64,000 nt of DNA from Octopus vulgaris (GCA_951406725.2 OX597816.1:99324001-99388000); one strand, 5' to 3'; counted from the stretch's first letter, positions 26,590 through 41,229 are shown. Notes: generated by a model from the sequence alone, not told the origin. Numbers and translations are program-made.

Positions 26590-26990
26590 TTTCTCGAGTG
26601 ATTAATTATAGAACATGCAATTTAGTGTCGAAATTCCTTCGGAACACTGCTGGGGAATCTATAAGGGGCTACTGCGTAGTAATGCTTAATTTAATTTAGT
26701 GCTCCAATGACCTCTGGAGTATTGAATGTTATGTTGGATATATGTTTGAACTCGCCTTCGTTGCTACTGGCTAATCAACCTGAATGCGATCACTGAAGAT
26801 GAACAGTATTATTTCTACCAAATCTCTGCTATTTGTTTGGCAACATTGTGGAGAGTGCTTCTATCATCTATCATTAGCTAGACAGAACAGTTATTCTACA
26901 TTTGTTGGCAAATAATAAGAATGCTTTGGGATTGTGTTTAGTTTTCTTATGACATTTCCTCTTCGCTCTTTTATTGTTGATGCATGTTTC
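26590..26990 (-). mobile_element. CR1-like non-LTR RT N-terminal relic
   Basis: Minus strand ITFNTPEVIGALN*IK..AVAPYRFPSSVPKEF...IA resembles EV..AL..LK...A.GPDG.P..VLKE; highly decayed. Confidence 0.4.
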
Positions 26991-27293
26991 TGTGCAGCTT
27001 TGTTAATGATACTTTTGCACCCCAAGTATTCTTATTGTATTTCTTCATAGGTGTCGCTGGTTGTAGTATTATAGATTATTATTTTGTTTAATCGTTTGAC
27101 TTTTTTCATTATACTTTGCATTCGAAGTATTGCAGAGATATAGGTGCTAAAATATTGTAAAATTTGAAACATTAAACCACCTTTCTTATTTTCCAAGCAG
27201 GTGTTCACTACAAAGACAAAATAATTAATCCGTTCCTTCTTTAGATAGTTTGTTGTGCCTACTCACATATTGACATTGATACACACATACACA

Positions 27294-27325
<32 letters not shown>

Positions 27326-27512
27326 TACGCATACACACACATAAGTGAACTGATGTGAATTCGTGTGCTGAAACAAATTTTGTGTCTTGGGAGGTGCATT
27401 ACGCAAACAATAATAGACACACACACACTGGTTCAATGTCCGTCCTTGTTAGTCAATTTTGAATAAATAAATAATCGACTAAATAATCAAACGTTTGTTT
27501 AATGGGGAGCCA

Positions 27513-27545
27513 TGTCACTGATGAGGTCGCGAAAGGGCTTTGACA
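27513..27545 (+). ncRNA. Minimal type-I hammerhead ribozyme with intact catalytic core
   Basis: TGTCA-CTGATGA-G(GTCG)C-GAAA-G(GG)C-T-T-TGACA: perfect 5-bp stem I and all conserved core nucleotides; stems II and III minimal; predicted cut after 27540. Confidence 0.6.
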
Positions 27546-28627
27546 AACAACCTTTCGATTGTTTAACCAACACATTACGCAACTAACAATAACGAAATTA
27601 TATTGAACTAGTGCACGTATTTGAGGGTAATTTACATAATGACCCTTCCATGGCACTAGAAAAAACTTCTTTCCAAAAACGGTTAGTAACACCCTCATTT
27701 TCATAACATTGTTTTAAAAAGATAATTTGTTTAGAAAAGTGACCATAACACTTCGAAAACTGTCTTAATATATATATAAAAACGTACAAAAAAACAGAGT
27801 AGCTGAGGGAGGGGGGAGAGAGGGAGAGAAGAGTGTAGCATTTTGCTTGGAGCATTGTGAGAAAAGTTAAATGGATTAAGAAATAATGCGTTGAAACCAT
27901 TTCAATGCTTAAAAAGGATTAATAATTCATTAAATCTTTGTATTTTCGGGCGTAGCACTCATCTATAGAAATGATAGTGTACCAAGTAGCTACATATTTC
28001 AGTGAGGTGGAGTTAAATTCTCACACGTTTGGAATCGACGGCATTAATACCATATAAGTATTGGAGTCTATTTGAACGACTGTACCCCTTCACACAAGAT
28101 GTTGCGCTGTACGAATGGTAGACATTATTATTAGCCATCACATTGCACCTCAACTCGTCCTTAAATATTACATTTAGTTCTTTTTTTTTTTTTTGATAAT
28201 TTTATAAATGTTATGGCGTAAACTTTTTCATTATTCTTCGATTTTTCTATTGATATTGTTTGTGACTATTATTGAACTTGAATTTCCTTTTCCCGACTAA
28301 ACTCGCGCTGATAAAGATCTAGTTTTGTTGTTCTTGATTTAGCAGTTATTGTTTGACTTATTTCTTAGTTATTGATCTTTTACTTTCGTTAATTAGTTGT
28401 GTATTTCCCTATATAATTAAATAATAATAATAATAACAATAACAATGATGATGGTGGTGGTGGTGGTGGTGGTGGTGATAATTTCTTCGTTATCAGTATT
28501 ATTGTTGTTGTTCTTATGATTTATATTGTTATTTCTATTTTTTATTATAATACTGATGTTGAAGTGTCTATATTTTTATCGTGTGATTCCGTTTACTGTT
28601 TGTTGCCATTTTAAATTTACTTTGATA

Positions 28628-28649
28628 TCATTACTATTATTATTATTAA

Positions 28650-28722
<73 letters not shown>

Positions 28723-28760
28723 TGCTGTCGTTGTCGTAGTACTATGTAATAATAATAATG
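28628..28760. repeat. (TTA)/(GTA)n microsatellite
   Basis: Directly visible. Confidence 0.95.
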
Positions 28761-28869
28761 TATTGTTCATTAGGATACTAAAGTGTGAGGAACGTACAAG
28801 GACAGAATATGAAGCAGAGTGTTTGAGGGAATAAAAATTGGTAATGACAGAAAACAACGCAATGTCAAG

Positions 28870-29990
28870 AAAGAAAACCATTTGTCTCTAACTGGTCAAG
28901 GATTTCTAGAAATTATTCATATTCTCCTTGCTGAAAATCCTCCTTAGACTAGCAAATTGATTCTTAAGAACGTTCATGTTTCCTCACAAGTATGTCGTCA
29001 TTCTTCCCACAACTAGTCGTCAAGAAAAAGCTTACGTGGAAGTCCGATTAGCGGTTTTTCCTGACTAGCAAAGGGCTTTGAACGCCTATTAATATTCCTG
29101 ATGCCAAATTCAGTCTTCGAGTGACAAAGGGGTACCGCTTCATCAAAGGAACGAGCTATGGTAAAACATAACCTAAGAGTGAGAACACTATCTCACAGTG
29201 CAGAAACCTGTGAGGATGATGTATCTTCAGTGCATATGTGTGCATTTTTAACCGTGGCATATGGAATTCACATACAGGAGTGAAAAGACTACCTGGCAGG
29301 TGGAACGACTCTTTTCCACAAGAGGAGGAGGCAACACTCTGTTCTGATTAAATAATATAGCATGTAGTAGTATACAACGTAGGATATGTACGGGCTTGTT
29401 TACCTCAGCTTGATTTTCCAGTGATAGCTTCCTTTCCATTCATTTAAACTTAAACAGCTATTCTGGGCAGAAAATCCTTTGTGACTTTTATTCCCCTCGC
29501 GTGTGTTGCGTTTAGATATTAAAGACTCGTCGTGAGCTAGTTCCCTCAACACTTGTTACAAGGCACAGCACTAGGATTTTTCCTTTTAGCTGGATTTGCA
29601 GGGTTGTCAGAAATTATGTGCCCGTAGAGATAGAACCATACAGTGACAAATGCCACGTCATCACTAAATACCCTCGCATATTATGCGACGAAAACAGATG
29701 CCAGTCCAAGGCGATGGCTGTCGCCGATATTTTTAAGATGATTTAAATCAAGATTTTTTGGCTCCAACTACTATGGGATTAATCTATGACGCGCTAACTC
29801 AACTTGCCTTTCTTCGAGGTCTCATAGTTTAGGTAACTCTTATGGTTCAATATGTTTACTCTTGAGTGATGTTAGGAATTTTACTCCGTATATTGGCAAG
29901 AGTTGCCTTTGGAGAGCACAATGAAGGCTTCTCTGTTTTTTGACATTGAAACATAGGAATATTGTTTTCGCTCTTGCATATATATACCAG
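28870..29990 (-). mobile_element. Tx1/L1-like RT relic
   Basis: Minus strand ARVFSDDVAFV (YADD-like) near 29640-29680, followed by ERKLSLENQAEVN (typical RKLSLKGRAEV). Confidence 0.5.
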
Positions 29991-30559
29991 CTTCAAATAG
30001 ATAAACACTTTCCTCTTGAAAGGAAGGTCTTTTTCCTATCTAAATATCCTAAATCCAAAGTTTGACTATTGTAAGTTACATTTCCAAAAGGCAAGCGAGG
30101 CTCTTCTCTCAAATTGCTATCATTTAAAAATAGTTACTATTCGTTTAGAAAATGTATGTGTATTGTTGTTATTTATGCTAAAATTACCTATAGAGCTGTT
30201 CTCGCGGAAATGTCGTTATTCTCTCCTCAAAAAGTTTTTGTTTTTATTTTGCTTTTTTTCATATTTTGTAGTTATTACAGCAGTAGGCACGTTATAAATT
30301 ATATTTAGCATTCATGAGTATGACGATGCCATTTATACATGCACACCAGCAAGATAGGAAAGCAGAACTCTTTCAATGTTTATTGCGTATGAGGACACTG
30401 TTAAATCTAATTTCATCCAAAAAGTTATATTTTAAGATTTTTCAGTCGCCGATATTTCTCTTTCAAAGTTAATAACATCATCTCAACGTCAGGAATAATA
30501 AACTTACTAATGTTCTGCCACCTTATTAAAATTCTGCTTCACAAACAGAGCATAATCTC

Positions 30560-31660
30560 AAAACATATGTAGTCATAATTAACCATTTTTTATAAAGATT
30601 CTTGGCTCGTCTGATTCTTAAACCTTTTCTACATCCACTCTTGGATCATGTAGCCAGCTCCCATAAGGTCATTCAGAGGCTCCACCGACTCTCTCTGGTG
30701 ACACACAAGCATAGACGGTTTACTTTCAGCTTTGATATAGCATCTCTCTCCACCTCTGTATCTGCCTTTGCAGCTGTATGTCTTGTCACCGACTACACTC
30801 GTTTCTAACCAACGCTGCTATAATTTCACCGCCACGGACATTTGACATCCAGTCACACAGGACTGCTTACCATGACGCGTTTGAACATTAAAATGTTGTG
30901 CACTCGTCACCTACATTTCCTAAACTTTCTCCACGGGGTACATAGATGACATACTTTTATCCTTATATCTTCACCCGCCGAAGCAAATGCTATCTTTGAT
31001 GCACTCAATAATATTGTTGCTTTCACTAATACTCTACAAAACTGTCGCTACTTACATTTATACTCAGCAATGTAGATGATATCACCACACGACGCTGTGG
31101 TGATATAGCCTATGGGTATCTCGTAATATACTTTAAAGAAACTTACCCCAACATTTATATCTAAAATAAAGTACAGAGGATGAGCGCTAAACAGTGCCAA
31201 ATAAAATGTAATGTTATTACAAGTCCGAATGTGCTTGAGGTACTTCTGAACTGGGGGACAAGCTATTCACTGCGTTTTGTCACGGAAAATATATCCCCTT
31301 TGTTGACAAATAGTGTATGGTGTATATATATTGCAATTAAAATAAATTCTTACGCATTCGTAATGATGCATAGAGCGAGCCATTTATATCTCACATTTCA
31401 AAAATATTTTGAAAATTAATGGTTCACCCATCGCCAACAAGGTTTATATCGTAAAATACAGAAAAACTCTGGATGAACAACGATTTCTTTAAACTACCAT
31501 AACTTAGCGAGGCACTCACCATCACCACTCGCAAAGTTACTTTCAGAAAAGAGCTATACATACGCCTCGCTCACTCTGAGTCCTCCTTACGTTGAATCCT
31601 TGCCAAAAACACCTCTGTGACACCAACAGCATGTATGTGTCAACACAATGTTCTCTCCGT
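30560..31660 (+). mobile_element. Penelope-like element RT relic
   Basis: LARLILKPFL...FSFDIASLSTSV (typical SFDV.SLFT.VP), GYIDDIL at ~30936-30956, later FLKLP-like and IRLAH..SLR segments. Confidence 0.7.
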
Positions 31661-32557
31661 TTGAAAAATATATATTTACGTGAATATGTAATGTACCAGG
31701 TAAGTTGCAATAAGTGCGTTATTCGTTGGTTAAGGAAAAAATCGACAACTGCTGTAATTGTGAAATAAGATTATCTATTCTAACCACTGATCGAAATATT
31801 GGCACCTTGAGAATTGAATAGGCTATTCTCATTAAACAACATAAACCAGAAATGAACAACAGAACAGAACCGAACCGAATGGCGTGAATTGTTTTTCCTT
31901 TTGCTACCTCGCTTTACGTACCTACTCAAATTGCTAACTTTTTCTTCCCACATATACAGCATCGTTTAACCAACAGTATCTGAAAACATTTCTCGAATCC
32001 TTACCCACGGGATAACCTTACCTTATAAATTTCAGCCAATGTTAAATGATGTTTCTCACCAGCCATATATACACATGATCTTACTTGTCATGTCACACCA
32101 CCTACCGCTGCTACTGTTCCCACATCATCACGTTACCTGTTACCTCTGATAGAAACTACCTCAAACAACGACAAATACTAATACTGTCGGGTGTACAAGC
32201 TAATTCATGAAATGCCTTTCACCGCAATATATTAGAATAACAATATATTTCTCCAAACTCATTGAGTATTTACTTTCTTGTATTTAGAAATAGAATTTTT
32301 TTCGAAAAGTTTATAGAATCATTAAGTATCATATGTAAGGTAATATATTTTTCGCCTTAAATATACTTATTAACACCCCTTCAAACCTGCATTGCTTAAA
32401 TATGTTTGCAAACATTCCATTTATACATATTGCAATGTTTGAAGAAGTATTACAATACTCCTGTGTTTTTAATGAAACACAGACTTTTCAGAATCCAGAA
32501 CCTCGAAGAGCGAAATCAAAACACATCTGAACTGGTCAACAAACAATAATAATAATA

Positions 32558-32778
32558 ATCCTCTCTACTATAGGCACAATGCCTGAAATTTGGGTGGGGA
32601 GGGGGGAGTTAAGTCGATTAGATCGACGCCAGTACGCAACTGGTACTTAAGTTATCGACCTCGAAAAAATGAAAGGCAAATTCAACCTCAGCCGAATTTG
32701 AATTCAGAATGTAGCAACGGGTGAAATACAGCTAAGCATTTCTCCCGGCGTGCTAACGATTCTGCCAGCTCGTCGCCT
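32558..32778 (-). mobile_element. SINE family B, full length
   Basis: Reverse complement of the family B consensus, flanked by AAT repeats. Confidence 0.9.
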
Positions 32779-33659
32779 TAAATAATAACAATAATAATAG
32801 GTGATCGTGATATTGAAGTAGTGAAATTGAAGTGGTTTTGTATTATGCTATTGCTTGTTTCTGTTAATATTTGTTGCTGGCTTTGAAAAGTAATCGTTAT
32901 CAATGACTAGACAAAAAAAAACAATTGCAAATTATCTATGGATAGAATGAAGCATAAATAAGTACCATTGGCTTTCTAGTGTATTGTATAGGTGAACAAG
33001 GCTGTATAACCACTTCTACTATTTCATCAATTTTTCGAGAAGCCTTCGTTTGTTTCTAATTTGTTTTACTCTATATTTTGTCTTTATAAAAAACTTGGAA
33101 AATCTATATTAAACTTCTCTTACAATTTTGATTGGAAACACAATCTTCATCTTTGTGTATAGAAAAGAGAATTATGGTATTTCCAGCATCACGTGTGCTC
33201 TACACAAAATTTCCATTGAAAAGCTACCATTTTAGTTACTTTTACTTTTGTTCTTGTTATGGTTGTGGTTGTTGGTGTTGTAGGGTGTTGAATGTAGGGA
33301 GCGGGAAAATAAAACAAATCAATCACTTATTATAGATATAAAAGTGGCATAAAATCGAACTGTTTTGACATTGATTATTCAATACTGCTCTTTTTTATAT
33401 TTTGTGTTTTATTAATGTTGTATGGGACATACGTAATGAAAACAAAAAGAATAACGGTATGTGAAGGGAGTTATAAATGCATAAGAGTATTTAGTTACGT
33501 CTCCTTATGTTTTGAGTTCTAACCCCAATAAGGACGACTTTGCATTTCATAACTCTAGGGCCAATAAAAAGTATTGGGGTCAAGTCATTTGTTCGTACCA
33601 TTCCTCTCCGATTGTGTGGCGTGTAACTGTTAGAAATTATTGTTGTTGTTGTTGCAATT

Positions 33660-34350
33660 ATTGGGTCACCGAGCAGGCAGAACATATAAAGCGCCGGACA
33701 AAATGCTCTGCGATTCCACCGAAGTCAGCTTTAGCTTTCAGCTTTCTGGGTCGGAATTATGTAGACAGCAGGTTACTACCTGTAGCCTTAGGTATCCACA
33801 AATTTTCAGCAGTCTTTCAAGTGCTTAGAAACCTCCTAATAATCCATGCTGTCCCTACGGGACAAACTTTCTGCAGAAATTTTACCAGGCATTTTATTTT
33901 AGTCTCCCTCAGCCATTTGTCTATATCTTGGCTTACTGATACCAACGCACCAATAATTTTAGGCAATACCTTTACTTCTCACATGCTCCAAATTCTTCCT
34001 ATTTCAAATTCTAGGGGATTGTATTTCTTTTTGTTTTTTCCTCTTTTTTACGATCCTGGAATCAGATGGGTATGATGGGTTAATAAGTAGCCAACTTCGT
34101 TTTCCAAATCTATTATTGTAATATCTAGTCTATTGTTTTTTTTTTATTTTCTTGTCCGTTTGAATTGCGAAGTCCCACAACATCTTACATTTCCCCGACT
34201 CAAGTACTCTTTCGACTCGATGATTGTACAATGTGCTTCCAGCTTCAAATCGTCATTTCTGGTACAGTCCCCATTGTAAAACTGTTACAACCTGGTCGCG
34301 CCTCCATTTCTTATATTCTTCCTGTGCCGACATGGAGCACTCTGTTACTT
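33660..34350 (-). mobile_element. R4/Dong-clade non-LTR retrotransposon 3' end (restriction-like endonuclease), decayed
   Basis: KMLWDFAIQTDK..NRLDI, then KYNPLEFEIGRIWSM*EVKVLPKIIGALVSV...LQKVCPVGTAWIIRRFL*. Confidence 0.8.
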
Positions 34351-34429
34351 TCTGAGTTCAAAGGTTGATTTTGCCTTTCATTCCCTCAACCTACTGGTCT
34401 TGTGCCTTTAGTAGAAAGGATCATTACTA

Positions 34430-34821
34430 TTTTGATGTAAACCTTAGCTTCTTTTTCTGAGTATGATGGAAAGTGTCAGCTGTCCACACCCAGCAGACTA
34501 AGTTGACACTTGTTTACTGATCATGTTTCAAGAACCTTGCAGAGAACTCTTGCAGTTCCAAGCAATGATAGTTTTTCGTAGGTGTTCTATTTTTACATTG
34601 GTACCAATCTTGTTTTGAGCTATGCTGGTAGCTGAGTACTGATACTTCCAAGCGCGCCAATCACTACCGGTATGATGTCTATTCTCTTCATTACCCACAT
34701 CATGCAAATTTCCCACTTTAATTCCCTATAGTTATTCATTTTTCTTCTTTTTCTCCGAGCCTGTTGTCATCGAAACATGCTATCCCGGTTATCACGCATG
34801 TTTTTTCTTTTTTGTCCGCCA
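34430..34821 (-). mobile_element. R4/Dong-clade 3' end, second 5'-truncated copy
   Basis: DKKEKTCVITGIAC..DNRLGEKEEK / YRELKWEICMMWVMKRIDIIPVVIGALGSIS..GTARVLCKVLET*; begins directly after a (TAA)n tract. Confidence 0.8.
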
Positions 34822-35513
<692 letters not shown>

Positions 35514-35803
35514 GGAACAATAATCAGAGTGCGACTGTTATCGAATGAACAATATTTCGACACTTCATGTGTCTTCCACAAATTCAAAATAATCATCTCA
35601 ATGTACTTCACTTTGGTAATATTTAAGGATTGACGTTACTTCTCCCGAAGGTAAAGGAATAATAAGAACAGTGCGATTGTTATCGAATGAACAGTATTTC
35701 TATCTAGATTGAGATGATTATTTTGAACATGTGGAAGACATATGAGGTGTCGAAATATTCTTCCTTTACCTTCGGGAGGAGTAACGTCAATCCTTTAATA
35801 TTA
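35514..35803. repeat. Foldback/MITE-like composite of inverted and direct repeats
   Basis: A 35514-35558 repeated directly at 35656-35700; B 35551-35602 inverted at 35708-35759; C 35617-35659 inverted at 35761-35803. Confidence 0.85.
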
Positions 35804-35812
35804 TTATTGTTA

Positions 35813-36905
35813 TTCAGTAGTTTTATTTTTATAGCGTGCTTTCACTTCACTACCGAGCGCAGCTCTGTAAGCCTTGAGTATGTGTTGTGATTTGTTGTGA
35901 TGCTCTGATGGTTACTGTATTGAAAGTGATTTCCTTAGGATGTGTGCAGTGGTCAGTAGCGCAATTTTCTGTATGTTATATGTGTTTGTAAGTCCTGGTG
36001 TTTTTGTTATGTATTTGTCTGAATATTTTTTATCATACCTAATGTGCCTACTATGATAGGAATTGTTTCTGTTTTTAGATTCCATATTCGAGTTACCTCT
36101 ATTTCCAGGTCTTTGTAATTTGAAAGTTTCTCCATTTCTTTTAGAGACACGTTGTCATCTGCTGGTATTGATGCATCAATTAGAAAGCATTTTTTCCTTC
36201 ATTATCTCTGACAACTATATCTGGCCTGTTGGCCTTAATTTCTCTGTGTGTATTAGCATATCCCAGAGTATGGTTGCTTTCTCGTTTTCTGTGACCTTTT
36301 CTGGTGTGTGCTTATACCATCTTTTTTCTGTTGTCATTCCATAATATTGGCATAGCTTCCAGTGTATGTAGGTCCTAACTCTGTCGTGCCAGTGAATATA
36401 TTCCTTCTTAGCCAGGGCTGGGCAGCCAGAGATAATAGGAATTATTGTTTCTCGTCCATCTCCACATATTCTGCAGTTACTTGTTATGTTTCTTTTCATT
36501 ATATGTTTTTGGTAATTCCTGGTGGGGAGGCTTTGGTCTTGTGCTCCGTCTCTGCTTTGAGTCCTGAGCTTCTCAACCATTGCTGGGGTTTTTCTTTGTC
36601 TATTTCTTTTGGATTTAGTTTTGTCCAGTATTTGCCATGAAGGTGCTTCTATTGCCATCGTTTTATCATGGTCCGTTGCTGTTCTAGTTTTAGCTTGGAT
36701 TTCATTTGTTTTATAGCTTATGTTTCTTCTTCTTCTTATTATTATTATTATTTGTTAGGTGGTATGGTTTCTTGTTTGTATTTGTCAGCTTCCTTAAATA
36801 CTGAGAAGTTTTTTTTTGTTTTGCTCGTGTTTTGCCGCTATTTGTATCAGTTTTTCTTGCTTCTGAAGTAAATATTTTTGCAGTCCTATGGTGGTTATTT
36901 TATAA
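35813..36905 (-). mobile_element. R4/Dong-clade non-LTR retrotransposon, 3' ~1.1 kb (zinc knuckle + restriction-like endonuclease)
   Basis: AQDQSLPTRNY..CRICGDGRETI..IISGCPALAKKEYIHWHDRV..IHWKLC..ILWD, then NRPDIVV..KCFLID..KLSNYKDLEIE..TAHILRK; (TAA)-type repeats at both ends. Confidence 0.9.
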
Positions 36906-36909
36906 TAGC

Positions 36910-36962
<53 letters not shown>

Positions 36963-36963
36963 T

Positions 36964-37385
36964 ACGTTCTCATTTCAAATTCCGCCAAGGTCAGCTTTGC
37001 TTTCCATCTTTTCGAAGTTGATAAAATAAAGTATCAGTCAAGTAACGGGTTGGTGGCATCAATTTCACCCACACCCTTTAAAGTTGCTGACTTTGCGCCT
37101 TCATTAGAAATTCACATTATCATCGTCGTCGTCATCATCTCCATTGCTGCTGCTGCTGCTGCTGCTGTTGTTGTTGTTGTTGTTTTGTTGTTGGCAGAAT
37201 CGTTAGAACATCAGACGAAATGCCTTGCTGTATCTGTTACCGAGCTTAAATCCCGCTGTGGCCACCTTCATCTTTCATTCCGCCGGGGTCAATAAAATAA
37301 AGCAGCATTAAAATACTGAAGTCGATAGTATTAGTCTACACCCTACCCTTAAACTTCCTGGCTGTGTGTCTGGTTTAGGGATAAT
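36964..37385 (+). mobile_element. Two degenerate SINE family B copies in tandem
   Basis: TTACGTTCTCATTTCAAATTCCGCC..GATAAAATAAAGTA and TGGCAGAATCGTTAG..GGGGTCAATAAAATAAAG. Confidence 0.65.
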
Positions 37386-37829
37386 TGTTCTCCCTACCCT
37401 CACCAACTTATGATTTATTTAAATTTACAAGGCTAAATCTGGTAAAAGAGTTTTCTCGTGTCTTGCTATGCAATGACCTTCGAAATGTTTAAAGCTCACC
37501 CCTTTACAATGATGCAAAAAAGTAGTCATTGAATATTATTTTAATTTACATTTCAGGAACAATTTGTTTACTTGTAAGTTGACATTGCTTCTTCTGGGTT
37601 AAGAAGTTTTAGCCACAAACGTAGTGGTACTGAATGTTTCCGAAGAATTTCGGGGAAAAGAAACTGAAAATAAAAATGTAGATTTAAGAATAAAGACAAA
37701 CAAGTAGATATCGAGAATTAAACATGCAAACACTGTTACGTACGTACATAATAATACTAGAAATATAGAAAATAACCATTCTACTGACAGAAACTTTTCT
37801 TGGTGCGAATTTTCTCACATTTTCACATA

Positions 37830-38800
37830 TTTAATGTTATAGCCGAAGTTTTAGCAAAGAATGCAATAACAACAAATGTGACCTGGAGGCATGTGTCAGC
37901 TCCCGGAGAAAGGCAAACGTGGAAGGCATATGTTATATGAAACACTATTTCCTTCTGCGATGAATACACTGAAATACGAGTGAGGAATAAAATGACTTAC
38001 CTCGGTTTTTCTAAAATCAGTGAGTTTGCATACGCATCTAAAGGAACAAGCAGAAAAGTACTATGAACTTATATGGACTCCTTTAACTGGGATAAAGTGT
38101 ATGGAAGTATGTTTCGCCTCTAAAACCGAGGAGCTACCAATGTAACACTCGGTGATGGTGCATCACACAGAAACCCACCGGCTGGTATCGATGTATATGG
38201 AGCAAATGCAACATAAAAGTCACGTCCGATGGCATTAGTGAAGACGTTGCCACTTGACAGATGATTTCTGTAGCTCAGTACTGACAAGTGGTCAATGTGA
38301 CGATGGCACACAGCATGTAATAAGGATGTGCTTTCATCGGCATGCAGGATTTGATAACCTCTGAAACCACAAAAGTGCAGTGGAGCTATACTTAACAGGT
38401 AGGGGTGGTGCAAAAAGGAAATCAATTAGATTATGGTTCAAAACAAAAAGCCCGGTTGCTACACGTGTAGATGTGAGAATTAATTGGAGGGTTTCTTCCC
38501 AAATAATGAGAAAACATATACAAGAAGGGAGTGGTATGCAGTAGTAGACTCAGCAGTAAAATCAGCAGACTCCGAAAAGGCTATTTCAAACGAACCAGCG
38601 GTCACTGCTTCAAGTATGACAACTGAAATTACTTCACCTTCAATGCCAAAAGTCGGCTATGAGAAAGCAGAGTGATCCCCTTCACTGGTCACAACGATTA
38701 ATACCACTTCATTTGTTTTGAGATGATGAACAGCGAGGACAAATTATCGAGGTAAATGAAATGGGAAGAAAAACTGAAGGCTACTAAGCAGACTGAAGAA
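37830..38800 (+). mobile_element. Possible decayed LINE ORF1 (Tx1-like)
   Basis: Higher-complexity, coding-like block with RGATNVTLG..RLV and QVVNVT fragments; weak motif recall only. Confidence 0.3.
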
Positions 38801-41229
38801 AGAAAATAGAAAAAAATGTGCTGCGATGTTTGCAAGAAATTCGAATAAGAGATAGTTGATGAAACCTGCTCCAGTTGTCTTTTTAAAAGACTAGTGAATC
38901 TACCTAGAGAACGGAAGAAAATCTCATGTTGTATAGAAATACCAGTATCATTCTCTAGTACCGGGAAAGGAAGATAATCGTAATCGTGGGTATCCTTATC
39001 TAATCTAGGTGGCGGTTTCTAACACGTGTGTGGGTGGTTTGTCCTTATTTGTTTCAATACATTTATTTACATGTGTGTGTGTTTGTGTGTGTGTGTGCTA
39101 TAAAACTTTACAACACACACACATCTCAACCCCACTTGCGTTTTAATGTACATTTACATATGTACATTCCAATACGTCATGAAAACCCTTACAACATATT
39201 TTGTATGAATGCATGTGATCTTATTGCAAATAAGTGAATGCAGTAGTAGTAGTATAGTAGTAGTAGTAGCCATGGTAGGGAGTGCGGCAGCAGCTGCGGG
39301 CAAATGCTTTGCGGTATTTCTTTCGGCTCCTTACATTCTCATTTCAAATAGCTCCGAGATCAACCCTTTCATCGCTCTAGAGTCGGCAAAATTAACTGTC
39401 AATGAAGTACTTGGTCGGTGAACATCGACCTACCCACCTAACCTAATTTTAGATCTTGTGGCCAATTTAGAAACAATTTATGTTATTAAGTTTAAAAGTG
39501 ATGACACAATGAATGGCATTGCGCTTATTTTGACTTATAGTATTTAATTTATTTACTTTAGATTGTGAGTTCAAACCCAACTGAGACTAACTTCGCCCGT
39601 TATCAGACCGGTTTTTAAAACAATTACGAGTCGTTGCACCGTCGACAGAATACGAACCAGTAACTTATTATTCAATTTTCCTGTAGCATATCGACTTGAT
39701 CATTTACTCCCATCTAGCTTAGGTACTAAACCACATTGCTTTTGTATTTCTGTAAAAATGTCATAGTTAAAGAAAATAACCTCTGTACCAAAATCATGTA
39801 TATTTTAAGAAATGTGTCGAAACGTCTTCGAAATGATTGAACATGTTATTGACTGACAACGTAGTTTTATATCAAAGGTCGTGTGTCTCGCGAGATTTGT
39901 TTTGAAATTAGGAAAAGATGAAAGAATCTATGATAAAGAAGGAAAATGTCTGTCATAGAAGTAAAGAAAGAAAGCTATTAAGACGAATAGTGGAGACAGA
40001 ATGAAATAAAGAAATAAACAAACTAGAAACATTGGGAATGAAAAGAAAAAGGTAAAAGAAAGAGACAAAGAAACAAAAGATAAGAAAACTAAAAGGAGGT
40101 GAAGAAGAGAAAATGGAAGAATGATAAAGGAAGATAAAGGAAAAAAATTAAATAAAACGGTAAACAAGAAAATATAGAGAAAATATGCGTTTTAGAAGAC
40201 AAAGACAAACAATTGGCTTTTTCTAAACTAGATTTATTTTTGCTGACAATTTAATCCAAAGTTGCTGAGTTCACGTGTGGTTTCTGTCTAGTTCCACCTT
40301 CAAGGAATAAATATGGTATTAAAACTTTAAATTTAAAAGATAATTGTACCTTCCAAAGACATTCAAGTATTGAAACGTCATTAAACTGTCAATGAAAAAT
40401 CTCCATAATTCAGAATAGTAAAGAAGTCTTCATAATTTAATGTTTTAAAACACACACACACACATACATACATACATACATACATACATACATACATACA
40501 TACATACATACATACATACATACATACGCGTCTACGCATGTGTATGCTCTGTGTCTGTATAGGCTAATGCTTTAAAACTTAACAAAAAACGGTTTATCCA
40601 ACATACATTGGTAAACTAAAGTGATTTATAGTACCATAGTATGTTGATTTTGTGAAATGTTATACATAAACAGATATGAATTATGATGAAGTCTCAAGTA
40701 CTTTTTCCCGTATTTTCAGTTCTATTCTACATTGATATTATAGAAGCAAAACGAAGACCGTGTCATCTATGCAACTGTCATAGCACAAATCCACAGGGAT
40801 CTAAATTGGATACTGCAATTTCACTTAATAATCATTAATAGCAGGTTATACGCAACATTAAGCTGTCTTTTACCGTGATACAACTAGAAACGTTGAGTTG
40901 TTCGAACTTAACTATGCTGTTTGAGCAGAAACGCCAACCTTCATTAGATTACGTGACTGACGTTCATATCGACCATTCTATACTTTACTATATTAATTTC
41001 CATTTCAAATGCACTAAAGGCCTACATTATTATTTCACTCAAGAGACTGGACGCTAATTATTTTATCATAGATATATATTGTTGAGCATTGAGCCACTTT
41101 TTATATTTAAGACCGTATTACTCCAATACACAATTTAACCCCGAATATATATTGGTTTTAACATTCCTGAAAGACTATACACTATGTTCTCACTACTGAG
41201 GTAAGATTTTACCAGGTGAGATTTGGTTT

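Noticed and set aside
33512-34075. Longest non-repetitive ORF (187 aa, plus strand)
   Set aside because: It is the antisense of the R4-type endonuclease relic plus SINE sequence
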